NCBI GenBank assembly: GCA_965203325.1
Contig: OZ241875.1
Span: 2,880,001-2,944,000 of the forward strand
DNA length: 64,000 bases
Direction: 5' to 3'
Source of the DNA: a bacterium
GTDB lineage: Bacteria; UBA8248
A program made the position numbers and the translations under genes. The notes beneath the pieces are model-generated. The model saw only the letters and a list, made by a program, of their open reading frames with translations. It was not told the DNA's origin and searched no databases. Below are positions 10,403 through 20,598 of this stretch, one piece after another (position 1 is the stretch's first letter; every line of letters begins with the position of its first letter).

Positions 10403-11425
10403 CTACTTGAGAAAATCGTCCGTCCACACGTCGCTGCGCTTGACGCTCTTGAGGTTCTTGAGCTTGCCGCCGCTCTTCATGATGTTGAACGTGGTCTGGA
10501 CGGCCTCGTCGGTCATCCTGCCGGTCGGGTTGACCGCGCCCTTCACCGTGGCGACCGAGATGCGAAGCGCCTCGGGCGTGACGCGCTTGCCGAAAAACGG
10601 CGTCATGTCCTTGGTGAGCTGCTCGACGGAGGTCTTCTGGATGTAGTTCTGCGACTTCATGACCGCCCGCGCCATCCGCTTCACGAGGCCGGGGCGCTCC
10701 TTCATGAGCTTGGGCGTGGCCATGACGGCCGTCATCATGAACTCCTTGATGGCCTTGTCCTCGCCGGCCGCCCAGTTCACGAACCAGATGCCGAGCCCCT
10801 GGGAGAGCATGCGTTCGGGGTGCGGCGTGGAGATGGTGAAGATGTCGATCTTGCGGTTCTTGAAAGCCGGCAGCATGGTGCCGCCGCCGCCCACGGCGAG
10901 GATGCGCACGTCTGCGGGAACCTTGAGGTTTGCGCGGCCCAGCAGGTTGCGGGCGAGCACGTCGGTGAGGGCGCCCGGCCGCGTCACGCCTATCTTCAAG
11001 CCCTTGGCGCGCTTGACCTTATCCATCAAGGGCATGCCGTCCTTGATGCCCGCCTTCTTGGCCGCGTCCTTGTGGATGACCATCCCGATGATGTTGCGCC
11101 GCAGCAGGTCCACGAAGCCGATGGCCCGCTTGCCCGAGTTGAGCGCGTTCAACTGGTAGGTGCCCGGGCTGGCGGTGAACTCCGCCTTGCCCGCCAGGAC
11201 GGCCGTCAGGTGCGGTCCGCCGCCTGCGGTGGCCTTCACGTCCAGGGTGAGGCCCTCTTCCTTGAAGAATCCTTTTATCCGTCCCACGTAGATCGGGAAA
11301 AAGCTCAGGCTGTCTACCGGCTGGGTGAGAATGACCTTGTCGGCGGCCGGGGCGGCGCTTGTGAGCGTGAGCGAAAGCGCGAGTGCTGCGATTACCGGGA
11401 GAATCCGTATCCATTTACGCCACAT
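10403..11425 (-). CDS. NitT/TauT-family ABC transporter substrate-binding protein
   Basis: Signal peptide MWRKWIRILPVIAALAL; KGFFKEEGL, IGVTRPGALTD; same strand as ATPase and permease. Confidence 0.9.
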   Translation of the reverse strand: MWRKWIRILPVIAALALSLTLTSAAPAADKVILTQPVDSLSFFPIYVGRIKGFFKEEGLTLDVKATAGGGPHLTAVLAGKAEFTASPGTYQLNALNSGKRAIGFVDLLRRNIIGMVIHKDAAKKAGIKDGMPLMDKVKRAKGLKIGVTRPGALTDVLARNLLGRANLKVPADVRILAVGGGGTMLPAFKNRKIDIFTISTPHPERMLSQGLGIWFVNWAAGEDKAIKEFMMTAVMATPKLMKERPGLVKRMARAVMKSQNYIQKTSVEQLTKDMTPFFGKRVTPEALRISVATVKGAVNPTGRMTDEAVQTTFNIMKSGGKLKNLKSVKRSDVWTDDFLK

Positions 11426-11931
11426 GAAATTACTCCTTTCAACCAAAGTTAAAGATCGGCTCCGGGGACGTTCGCCGTCCCGAAGCGTAGAATGACCACA
11501 CCGGATTCGCCCGGTGTTGATGGCGTGAACGATGTCTGACTTTTGGTAGCGAAAGAATCTACAGACAATGGGTTGTGCTGTCAATTCTGGGGGGGGATCA
11601 GGGGCGTGCGGGCAGGGGGAGTAAATCCCGAACCGCACATTGCCGGAAAATATATGCAATCCCTCCCACCATCTCCGCCGCATGTTCCAACGGAAAGTCG
11701 ACCGGGCGCGCGATGAAGCGCAGGCGCGGGGCTGGCTCCGTCCATTTCCAAACCATTGTAAATATTTCCGGTTTGCCCTATACGCGCACAATAAAGGGAT
11801 CAAGGCGAAAGAAAGTCTCTCGAACTCGCGCTCCGCACGGGTGCAGGGCATGCGGCGGCCAACGATGAGCGGTGGGGGAGGATTCCCGATCATGCGGAAA
11901 TCGGGGTCGCCGGGGCCGGAAAAGGGGAGTC

Positions 11932-13056
11932 ATGGCTGCCGTTGATCTCATCGATGTGACGAAGCGCTTCGGCCGGGTCACCGTCATCACCGATCTGAAC
12001 CTGCAGATCGCAGAAGGCGAATTCGTGGTGCTGGTCGGCCCCTCGGGGTGCGGAAAGTCCACGACGCTTCGCATGATCGCGGGCCTCGAGGAAGTCTCGG
12101 CGGGCCGGATCATGATCGCCGGAAAAGACGTCACTCACGCGTCTCCCAAGGCCCGCGACATCACCATGGTGTTCCAGTCCTACGCGCTCTATCCGCACAT
12201 GGACGTGGCGGGCAACATGTCGTTCTCGCTTCGCCTCGCCAAGTTCCCGAAGGCGGAGATCGCAGCACGGGTGGCGCGCGCCGCGGAAATGCTCGGTCTC
12301 TCCGAGCTGCTTCACCGCCAGCCGCGAGAGCTGTCGGGCGGACAGCGCCAGCGCGTCGCCATGGGCCGCGCCATCGTGCGCGACGCCTATTGCTTCCTGT
12401 TCGACGAACCCCTCTCGAACCTCGACGCCAAGCTCCGCGCCCAGATGCGCACCGAGCTGGCGTTGCTGCACAAGCAACTCGACCGCACCATGATCTACGT
12501 GACCCACGACCAGATAGAGGCGATGACCATGGCCGACCGCATCGTGATCATGGACGAGGGGGTCATCCAGCAGATCGGCACGCCGCCCGAGGTCTACAAC
12601 CACCCGGTCAACCGGTTCGTCGCCGGCTTCATCGGCTCGCCGGCCATGAACATGCTGGACGGAGAGATCAGAGGAGATGGCTCGGAATACGTCATCGTCG
12701 GAGACGGCTTCGAACTGCCGGTTCCCAGGGCCTTCCACGAGAGCCTGGAGGGCGCCGCCTCCCGGAACGTCGTCGCGGGCCTGCGGCCCGAACATTTCTC
12801 CTCGACGGGCGCGAGGGATTCGGGCGGCGCCACGGCCCCGGTGCAGCTGACGGTCGACGTCGCCGAGTATGTCGGCGCCAACCAGTTTCTCGCCGCGCGC
12901 ATCGGCGAGCAAAGGATTTCCGTCTCCGTGGAAGCCGGCCCGGAGCACGGGCGGATGGAGTCGGGCACCTATTATTTCGAAACGGAGAGGCTCTACCTGT
13001 TCGACAAGGAGACCGGTCTCGCGCTCAAGCCCGCCGCTCGGGCCGGGACGTTTTAA
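11932..13056 (+). CDS. Carbohydrate (CUT1) ABC transporter ATP-binding protein, MalK/UgpC-like
   Basis: [43 protein letters not shown]-like C-terminus. Confidence 0.95.
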   Translation: MAAVDLIDVTKRFGRVTVITDLNLQIAEGEFVVLVGPSGCGKSTTLRMIAGLEEVSAGRIMIAGKDVTHASPKARDITMVFQSYALYPHMDVAGNMSFSLRLAKFPKAEIAARVARAAEMLGLSELLHRQPRELSGGQRQRVAMGRAIVRDAYCFLFDEPLSNLDAKLRAQMRTELALLHKQLDRTMIYVTHDQIEAMTMADRIVIMDEGVIQQIGTPPEVYNHPVNRFVAGFIGSPAMNMLDGEIRGDGSEYVIVGDGFELPVPRAFHESLEGAASRNVVAGLRPEHFSSTGARDSGGATAPVQLTVDVAEYVGANQFLAARIGEQRISVSVEAGPEHGRMESGTYYFETERLYLFDKETGLALKPAARAGTF

Positions 13057-13081
13057 TTACTAACCTCATAAGGAGGAAATC

Positions 13082-14437
13082 ATGAAATCGAAATGCAGAA
13101 ACCTGGGGATGGCTGTGCTCGCGGCGGCCCTGGCCCTGACGTTCAGCGCCACGACGCTGATGGCCAATCCCTACGAGAAGTACAAGGGCAAGACGCTGGT
13201 GGTTAGCTGGCCCTCGAATTCGCACTTCAAGAAGGCCAAGCAACTGGTCGCCGAGTTCACCAAGGAGACGGGCATCAAGGTCGAGATCGACTACTCCCAG
13301 TACCTCAAGATGCGGAATCGCCAGCTTCTGGAGATGAGCAAGAAAGACGGCGATTTCGACGTCGTCGCCTGGGTGGTGATGTGGAAGGGCGAGTACGTGG
13401 CGAAGGGCCTGTTGACGCCCCTGTCGCAGTTCTTCACCAGCCCCGCGTTCGTCGACCCGAACTTCGATATCGAGGACATCTCCGACGCCTACATCCAGAA
13501 CGGCGGCATCGTCGGCGGCAAGAAGGGCTATCTCCCCGGCAAGTCGGGTGCGCTCTACGGCCTGCCGTTCGGCGCCGAGACCTCGATCCTGGCCTATCGC
13601 AAGGACGTGTTCAAGAAGCTGGGCCTCGCCGTGCCGAAGACCTACGCCGACGTGCGCAAGGCGGCGAAGACCATCAAGGAGAAGACGGGAATGGGCGGCC
13701 TCACCATGCGCGGCAAGACCGGGCACCAGGTCACGGCCGCTTGGCTGTTCCATGCCGCGCCCATGGGCGCCCGCGTCTTCAATGACAAGTGGGAGCCCGT
13801 CTTCAACAGCCCCGCCGGCGTGAAGACCGCGGAGTTCCTGCGCGAGACGGTGAAGTACGGCCCCCGCGGCATTCCGTCCTACAGCTACGGCGAAGCGTCC
13901 AAAGCGTTCCTGCATGGCGACGCCGCCATGTACATCGACTCGCTGAAGATCGCCGCCCGGGCGCGCGACCCGAAGCAATCGAAGGTCGTCGGCAAGGTCG
14001 GCTACGCGCTGCACCCGACCGACGTTCAATGCGGCTCCGAGACGGGCGGTTTCGCCATGGGCATACCGGCCAACTCGAAGAACAAGGAGGCGGCGTTCCT
14101 GTTCATCCAGTGGATGACCTCGAAGAAGGCCGACCGTCGGATCGTCGAGCTCGGCGGCGACCCGATCCGCATTTCCACGCTCACCGATCCGGTGTTCTCC
14201 AAGAAGTTCCCGGAATACCCGGTGATCGCGGAACAGCTCAAATGCGCCGACCCGGACTGGCGGCCGCTGATCCCCGAGTGGAACGAGCTGAACATCAAGG
14301 TGCTCGGCATCGCGCTTCACCAGGTGCTGACTTCCGACAAGCCCATCAAGCCGATTCTGGACAAGGCGGCGGAGCAGGCGCGCGCCGTCATGAAACGCGA
14401 GGGCTACTATCAGTGGCAGTCGATATCTTCCAAGTAG
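13082..14437 (+). CDS. Carbohydrate ABC transporter substrate-binding protein
   Basis: Signal peptide, FTKETGIKV, LAYRKD, KNKEAAFLFIQW; AAGGAGG RBS. Confidence 0.92.
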   Translation: MKSKCRNLGMAVLAAALALTFSATTLMANPYEKYKGKTLVVSWPSNSHFKKAKQLVAEFTKETGIKVEIDYSQYLKMRNRQLLEMSKKDGDFDVVAWVVMWKGEYVAKGLLTPLSQFFTSPAFVDPNFDIEDISDAYIQNGGIVGGKKGYLPGKSGALYGLPFGAETSILAYRKDVFKKLGLAVPKTYADVRKAAKTIKEKTGMGGLTMRGKTGHQVTAAWLFHAAPMGARVFNDKWEPVFNSPAGVKTAEFLRETVKYGPRGIPSYSYGEASKAFLHGDAAMYIDSLKIAARARDPKQSKVVGKVGYALHPTDVQCGSETGGFAMGIPANSKNKEAAFLFIQWMTSKKADRRIVELGGDPIRISTLTDPVFSKKFPEYPVIAEQLKCADPDWRPLIPEWNELNIKVLGIALHQVLTSDKPIKPILDKAAEQARAVMKREGYYQWQSISSK

Positions 14438-14519
14438 CCGAAACCCCTGAACCCGCCTCCCCCGGCCCTGCCGGGGGAGGCGCTTCACCTGCGGACAGCC
14501 GGTTCCCGGAACGTGCGCG

Positions 14520-15431
14520 ATGAGCGACCCGTCCCCTCCGGTCGCAACGGGCATGCGGCGGTGGCTCGTCGGTTACCTGTTCGTCGCGCCCGCCGTCCTG
14601 CTCATGGGCGCGGGCCTCATCTATCCGGTCGTCCAGGGACTGTTGCTCAGCATGCAGGACTGGGCGATCGGCACGCCGATGTCCACGGCGGAGTTCATCG
14701 GCGCGGAAAACTATCTGCGCATGCTCCGCGACGAAAACGTCCAGGAATCCATGTGGGTGACGTTCAAGTTCGGCTTCTTCACGATCACTATCGAGATGAC
14801 GCTGGGGGTCGCGCTGGCCCTGCTGCTCGAGAAACCGATTCGCGGCGCGTCCATCTTCCGGACGATCTTCATCATGCCGCTCATGATCTCGCCGGTGGTG
14901 GTCGGATTGGTATGGCGCTACCTCTACGACGCACGGGCGGGCTGGATCAACCATTACCTGGAACTCGCCGGCTTCGAGCCGCTGATCTGGCTGGGCGAGC
15001 CACACCTCGCGTTTTTCGCCATCGTGTTCACGGACATCTGGCAGTGGACGCCGTTCGTCTTCATCATCGTGATCGCGGGCCTCCAGGCGCTGCCGTCGGA
15101 GGTACTCGAAGCATCGCGCATCGACGGCGCCAATACGTGGCAGCAGATATTTCTCGTGAAGCTGCCGATGATCAGGTCGATCCTGATCATCGCCCTCCTG
15201 CTCCGTATCATCGACGTTTTCAAGGGGCTGGAGGTCATGCTGATCATGACCGAAGGCGGGCCGGGACTGGCGACGGAACTGCTGTCGCTGCACGTCTATA
15301 AGACCGCCTTCGACGCCCAGCAACTCGGCTATGCGGCGGCTATCTCCGTCCTCCTGCTGCTGATCGTCTTCGCGCTCAGCCTGGCGATCCTGCTGATCAG
15401 CAACCCCATGAAGTCCCGCGCCGACGTGTGA
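14520..15431 (+). CDS. Carbohydrate ABC transporter permease
   Basis: DIWQWTPF, EASRIDGA (EAA motif), GGPG, LGYAAA. Confidence 0.93.
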   Translation: MSDPSPPVATGMRRWLVGYLFVAPAVLLMGAGLIYPVVQGLLLSMQDWAIGTPMSTAEFIGAENYLRMLRDENVQESMWVTFKFGFFTITIEMTLGVALALLLEKPIRGASIFRTIFIMPLMISPVVVGLVWRYLYDARAGWINHYLELAGFEPLIWLGEPHLAFFAIVFTDIWQWTPFVFIIVIAGLQALPSEVLEASRIDGANTWQQIFLVKLPMIRSILIIALLLRIIDVFKGLEVMLIMTEGGPGLATELLSLHVYKTAFDAQQLGYAAAISVLLLLIVFALSLAILLISNPMKSRADV

Positions 15432-15432
15432 G

Positions 15433-16275
15433 GTGAAGGCGATGCGCATCGAATCGACGAAAGCGAGGATGCTCTTCCATTACGCCGGGCTGATCGTGTT
15501 GTCGATAATCTGCCTGACGCCCATCTACATCATGATCAGCACGTCCTTCAAAAACGAGGTGGTGATCTTCGACGGCAATCCCGTGTGGTTTTTCTTCTTC
15601 CCCACGCTTCAGAACTACGCCGACATCATCGGCGATTCGCACTTCGACCGGTATCTGGTGAATTCCATCATCGTGGGCGTTTCGGCGACCCTCATCACGC
15701 TGACGACCGGCGGCATGGCGGCCTACGCTCTGGCCCGCATGCAGTTCCCGGGACGCCAGTCCATCGCCAACGGGGCGCTCCTGGTCCGCATGATACCGCC
15801 GGCGGTGCTGGCAATCCCGGCCTTCGCGGTCTCTATCGTGCTGGGAATCGCGAACCAGCTTTCGGGTCTCATCTTCTTCTACACGGCGCTCAACCTGCCC
15901 TTCGCCATCTGGCTGCTCTACGGCTTCGTGAAGCAGGTCCCGATCGAGCTCGAGGAAGCCGCCATCGTCGACGGGGCCACGCCCTGGCAGGTTTTCACCC
16001 GCGTTCTCTTCCCGGTGATGAAGGCCGGTTACGCGGTGACCGGCATCTTCGTATTCCGGATCGCGTGGAACGAGTTCATCCTGGCCCTGCTGCTGACGGA
16101 CAGGACCACGCGCACGCTGCCTGTCGCCACCAGCCTGTTCCTGACGGACGCGGGTCCCGAATGGGGGCGCATCATGGCCATGGGCACGCTGATCGTCATT
16201 CCGCCGCTGATCTTCACCTTCTTCTCCGCGCGGCAGATCATCGCGGGCATGACGGCCGGCGCGGTGAAAGGGTAA
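15433..16275 (+). CDS. Carbohydrate ABC transporter permease
   Basis: ELEEAAIVDGA, WNEF, GMTAGAVKG C-terminus. Confidence 0.93.
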   Translation: MKAMRIESTKARMLFHYAGLIVLSIICLTPIYIMISTSFKNEVVIFDGNPVWFFFFPTLQNYADIIGDSHFDRYLVNSIIVGVSATLITLTTGGMAAYALARMQFPGRQSIANGALLVRMIPPAVLAIPAFAVSIVLGIANQLSGLIFFYTALNLPFAIWLLYGFVKQVPIELEEAAIVDGATPWQVFTRVLFPVMKAGYAVTGIFVFRIAWNEFILALLLTDRTTRTLPVATSLFLTDAGPEWGRIMAMGTLIVIPPLIFTFFSARQIIAGMTAGAVKG

Positions 16276-16692
16276 CCGGAAGGGGCTGTTGAAAAGCCGT
16301 TATGCGACCCCTGCGAAGATTACCTTCCACCGAGGAGAATTCCGAAACCACTCCCCCTTGCAGAGCGCCCAACAACCACTCCCTTGAGGGTCGGGCATCC
16401 CGATGAGGAGATGCACGACGAACCGAAAAAGCCCGTCTCGCAACGGGTTGCCAGCGGCGGGCAGGACGTCTCTTCTCGCCGGGGAGAGGATTCATACTCA
16501 GGCGGGTCGAAGAGGCTAGCTGAGATTTATAGACGCGCTTCGCGCATGACGCCTGCGATGATGTTTCATGGATTTCATCCGCGCATCGGGTTCGGCACCG
16601 GTGGACATGAACGACTCCGGGTTCGCCTCTATACGGATCGGGTATGTATGTGTATAGTGATCCGAAATTACCCTTTCATAAGAAGAAACCTA

Positions 16693-18213
16693 ATCAGAAA
16701 CAATCATTGTTTCGCTCGAAGGGTGTTCACCGTTCTTCTCTCGTTCGCGTTGATATTGCCGGGTTGCGGCGGAGGCGGGGGCGGAGGTTCTAATCACACA
16801 CCTGTTGTTATGCCGGATCCTCCTGAGATGGAAAATATCCCCGTACCATCCGGCATCGAGAATGTCGCGGGGGTGGATATTCGGGATACGTGGAAATCGC
16901 CTGAGCCGATCAAGTCCTATTTCGGTCTTGAAAGAGGCGGCAATCTCTCCCAGTTCGAGGGATTGGATGCGTCGCAGTATTCCGTCCTGGGGTCCAAAAA
17001 CGGGATTACATACGCGCAGCGGATGTCGGGTCCGACGGACACGATTGATATCGACTTCACCGGGTATTTCGACCCGTTGCCGGATTTTGTGAAGGGAGGC
17101 CTGGAAAGAGCGGGAAAGGCCTGGTCTCACAGGCTCAAGGATATACTTGGCCCCTTCATGTCAGGTGATTCTGTGGTGACACGCAAGGGGTTGGATGAGC
17201 ATGGGCAACAGATCCCGCGCCTGGTGGACGGGATTCTTCTTGACTTTGAAACTGATTTCGAGAATCCCAAGTGGGCTGGTAGACCTTGGGGTTACTCCAG
17301 GGGGCTATATCGGTACGAACAGGTGGAGGGGCAGGATTTTACGGTAAGGACGGGCTGGTTCGAGGTGGCGGCAATAGACATCAACAGAGGACCATCGTGG
17401 TTCGTTTATATCGCCGCTCATGAGATTGGCCACGCAATCGGGCATAGTGCGTCAAGCACTACGGTGCCGGAGGCAATTTCCCGTTATGTGGACCTCGACC
17501 GGGGGGTATGGACCGGCCCGGCAGTGACGGCTGCCAATGGAGGCAGGAACGTAGCTTTCCAGAGCGACCACAACGGCGAACCGGATGTTGGTCATCTGGG
17601 CGCTTGCGAGATGATCATGTCCTATTGCGGTCCTGAGATTGCAATCCCGCATGAGATGGATTTCGCCTATATGAAGGATATCGGGTACACCGTGGCGGAC
17701 GATTATCCTTCCGAGCCCGAGCTGTACAGCTATGGCGCATGGGCGGAACACTCGGCGTGGGTGGTTACGGCGGCCCGGCGCATGACTTTCACTTCCACTC
17801 GCATCACCGATCGCATTACGGTGGAGGCAGACGTTTTCGGGAACCCGGCAGTCACCAGTTTCGCCGACGCCCACAGGGGAACGCTGACGTGGAGCGGCTC
17901 CTTGCTGGCTACCGATATGAGTAAGTTCGCTCCGGTGTTCGGCGAGGCGGAAATCGTTCTCTCGGCCGAGGCGCTCGACGGCACGGTGCAGTTTATGAAC
18001 CTTCGCTCGGTAGTAGACGTGGAAGCGCAGGCCTGGCTCACGAGATGGCGGAAATCCGGCCTGGCGTATGACGTGACGGTGGAAGAAAACGGGTTCACGG
18101 ACGCAGACGGCAAAGTGATTGGCGGGTTTTACGGCCCGAACCACGAAGAAGCGGCGGGGATTCTCGATGATCGGACGGAGAAAATTCTCGGCGCCTTCGG
18201 CGGGAGAAGATGA
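16693..18213 (+). CDS. Lipoprotein with zincin metallopeptidase motif and C-terminal TbpB-like beta-barrel
   Basis: Lipobox LPGC plus poly-Gly linker; HEIGHAIG; C-terminal GGFYGPNHEEAAG...GAFGG; start uncertain (ATC 16693 by analogy with the paralog, or an upstream ATG/GTG). Confidence 0.7.
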   Translation: MRNNHCFARRVFTVLLSFALILPGCGGGGGGGSNHTPVVMPDPPEMENIPVPSGIENVAGVDIRDTWKSPEPIKSYFGLERGGNLSQFEGLDASQYSVLGSKNGITYAQRMSGPTDTIDIDFTGYFDPLPDFVKGGLERAGKAWSHRLKDILGPFMSGDSVVTRKGLDEHGQQIPRLVDGILLDFETDFENPKWAGRPWGYSRGLYRYEQVEGQDFTVRTGWFEVAAIDINRGPSWFVYIAAHEIGHAIGHSASSTTVPEAISRYVDLDRGVWTGPAVTAANGGRNVAFQSDHNGEPDVGHLGACEMIMSYCGPEIAIPHEMDFAYMKDIGYTVADDYPSEPELYSYGAWAEHSAWVVTAARRMTFTSTRITDRITVEADVFGNPAVTSFADAHRGTLTWSGSLLATDMSKFAPVFGEAEIVLSAEALDGTVQFMNLRSVVDVEAQAWLTRWRKSGLAYDVTVEENGFTDADGKVIGGFYGPNHEEAAGILDDRTEKILGAFGGRR

Positions 18214-18321
18214 GGACGGTCGCGACGCCAGCAAACATGAACGACTCCGGGTTTGCCTGTAGACAGATCGCGTATATATATCTATTTTTGAATTCCACCC
18301 TTTATCCTGAAAGGATAACAA

Positions 18322-19869
18322 ATCAAAAATAAAAAATGTTTCGCTCAAAAGGCATTCACCGTTCTTCTCTCGTTCGCGTTGATATTACCCGGCTGCGGCG
18401 GGGGTGGTGGCGGGGGTGGACGAATTTCCCGAACACCCATGTTCGTACCTGATGAGCATGATTATCATAGTACGATAGTCATCCTTCCATCCGAGGGACT
18501 GCCTTATCCGTTCTATCATGAAGGGAATGTGAGCGGTGGCCTTTATACACACTTCAGCATATCCGAACTGCCGGATCAGGATCCATCCGAAGCCAGGCAT
18601 CAGCCCGTCTATCATGACCACCAAGGAACCCAGCGCCTGTTCGTAGGTATCGACCAAGGCACAGCTTACTCGACTGGATACACGAGAGAACTTCCTGTCT
18701 ACCAAAGGCGATCCGGTACGGTTATACGATACGGCCAATTGGATTTTGACCCTGACCGTGGAGAAGTTGTTGCATTCATCGATGATGCGATGGACGAATC
18801 ATCGAACGTGAAACGCTATACGAAGTCTCCGGAGGTGCGAATTACCGGTCCCTCGACCCAGAAGGACAGAAATCGTGTAATTGCCGCCGTGAGGCTTGTA
18901 AATGCGTCTCTGCCCCCGCAATACAAGATGACCGTGGGACCGTCATTGCCCTCGAGCGCATATGATTATGATCGCGACATTACCAGGGACAACACCATCC
19001 ATATCCAGTTCAATCACGAAGATGTTGCGATTGCGCCTAACGCCGGTGGTATCACGTTTAATTATCCGATTAACGAAGACGGCGATATCGATGGCAATGA
19101 GATCAAGAGTTCGTTCATCGAGATAAACAAGGACGCGCCGGTATACATGGACTTTACGGACCGCCGTAACGTGATACTGATAGCGCATGAATTGATGCAT
19201 GCTTTGGGGTTCTATGGAGGAGATCATGTAGACTGGGTCAGATTCGCCTCAATCCTGGAGGGATACAACACCATATATCTTAACGGCCAGAGCACACCCC
19301 CATATGGGCATCCGTTCGCCCAACCGATGTCTCTCCTTTATCCGGTAGACCGCGCAGCAATCAGGGCGCTTTATTCATTGGATCCCGGCGACTCTCCCTA
19401 TGCACTCGGACCATGGAGCAGCACAGCGACGCACATTCACGGGAATCGCAAGCATACAGGTTTCGGTGTGGCTTATCGCAACGGCTATGCGGAACCGTGG
19501 GCTTACGGCTACAATCCGCCGTTCGACCTGAGACAGAACACATCCCTTCGCGGAAACGTCACCTGGCGAGGCACGTTACTTGGCTTTACGCCCCAGGTTC
19601 AGGCCGTTGCCGGCAACGCATTTGTAAGCGTGAATATGAGCAGTCTCAATGTACGTGCTGACTTTACCGGACTTGAGTTTTGGCGCACAGATACAGTCTG
19701 GGGAGATGGAAACCTGACATATTCGATCGCTGTCCGCGGCAACACCTTTAAGCAGACAGGTGGTGATGCCGGTATCCTGACAGGCATTTTTGTCGGTCAA
19801 TCTCATGAGGGTGCAGCCGGTACGCTCGAAAGAAGTGATTTAACAGCAGCCTTTGGCGCATCGCGATAG
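18322..19869 (+). CDS. Paralogous zincin lipoprotein with TbpB-like C-terminal barrel
   Basis: Near-identical signal region, HELMHALG, C-terminal GIFVGQSHEGAAG...AAFGASR; the full signal peptide requires a start at ATC 18322 (track gives TTG 18379). Confidence 0.7.
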   Translation: MKNKKCFAQKAFTVLLSFALILPGCGGGGGGGGRISRTPMFVPDEHDYHSTIVILPSEGLPYPFYHEGNVSGGLYTHFSISELPDQDPSEARHQPVYHDHQGTQRLFVGIDQGTAYSTGYTRELPVYQRRSGTVIRYGQLDFDPDRGEVVAFIDDAMDESSNVKRYTKSPEVRITGPSTQKDRNRVIAAVRLVNASLPPQYKMTVGPSLPSSAYDYDRDITRDNTIHIQFNHEDVAIAPNAGGITFNYPINEDGDIDGNEIKSSFIEINKDAPVYMDFTDRRNVILIAHELMHALGFYGGDHVDWVRFASILEGYNTIYLNGQSTPPYGHPFAQPMSLLYPVDRAAIRALYSLDPGDSPYALGPWSSTATHIHGNRKHTGFGVAYRNGYAEPWAYGYNPPFDLRQNTSLRGNVTWRGTLLGFTPQVQAVAGNAFVSVNMSSLNVRADFTGLEFWRTDTVWGDGNLTYSIAVRGNTFKQTGGDAGILTGIFVGQSHEGAAGTLERSDLTAAFGASR

Positions 19870-20025
19870 AAAGAGAAGGAAAGACAGGAATGCCAGAGTG
19901 GGGATGGGGAAATATCAGGCTGATTCGTATCTTCCTGAAGAATCACTTCCCTCGGTACTGACTATTCGCCCGTCTTCGAGCAATCTGGAAAGGCGACAAA
20001 AAACGAAAAGAGAAATGCAAATTCC

Positions 20026-20165
20026 CTGGATTCCGACAATTCCTTCCTCCTCGGTCGGGGTTGATTGCCGGAATGACGGAAACCTTCGGATCGGCCTATT
20101 ACGGATTCGGAACCTGTAGGGACAGGTCGCGACCTCGGACAGGCATAGGGGCCTGACCGACTACA
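20026..20165. repeat. REP-like palindromes between convergent genes
   Basis: CTGGATTCCG...CCGGAATGACG and TGTAGGGAC...GACTACA (GTAG-type ends). Confidence 0.45.
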
Positions 20166-20193
20166 GAGTCGAGCGCTCCCCACTTCGAAATTT

Positions 20194-20586
20194 TCAGAGA
20201 ACGTCCTCGTCCTCTAACAGCACCTTCGCCTTGGCCTCGTCGTCCGCGGTCAGGGCGACGTTCGCGTAACCGGCGTGGCGGTTCAGGATGTGCATGCTCT
20301 GGATGTTCACGCCCGCGACCTTGAATTTCTCCGCCACTTTGGCGAGCGCGCCGGGCTCGTCGCGCAGCCTGATGATCATCGCCTCGTCCGAGATCGCCCG
20401 GAAGCCCGCGTTCATGAGCACGCGCAGGGCGCGGTCGGATTCGTCCGTGGTCAGGATGACGACGCCCTTCTCCCCTGCGACTTCGGTGTTCAGGGCTTCG
20501 ATGTTGATGTTCTCGTCGGCCAGCGCCTTGCTGATGTCCGCGATGACGCCGACTTCGTCGCGCACCGTGATGATGATTCGATTCAT
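20194..20586 (-). CDS. Tandem ACT-domain protein
   Basis: RDEVGVIADISKALADENINI and RDEPGALAKVAEKF...GVNI repeats. Confidence 0.9.
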   Translation of the reverse strand: MNRIIITVRDEVGVIADISKALADENINIEALNTEVAGEKGVVILTTDESDRALRVLMNAGFRAISDEAMIIRLRDEPGALAKVAEKFKVAGVNIQSMHILNRHAGYANVALTADDEAKAKVLLEDEDVL

Positions 20587-20598
20587 CGAGAATCCTCC

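Noticed and set aside
16384..16692. Long N-terminal extension of lipoprotein 1 in the ORF track (similar extensions at 59830, 11893 and 9058)
   Set aside because: They run through repeats, intergenic DNA or another gene; RBS and signal peptide positions favour downstream starts.
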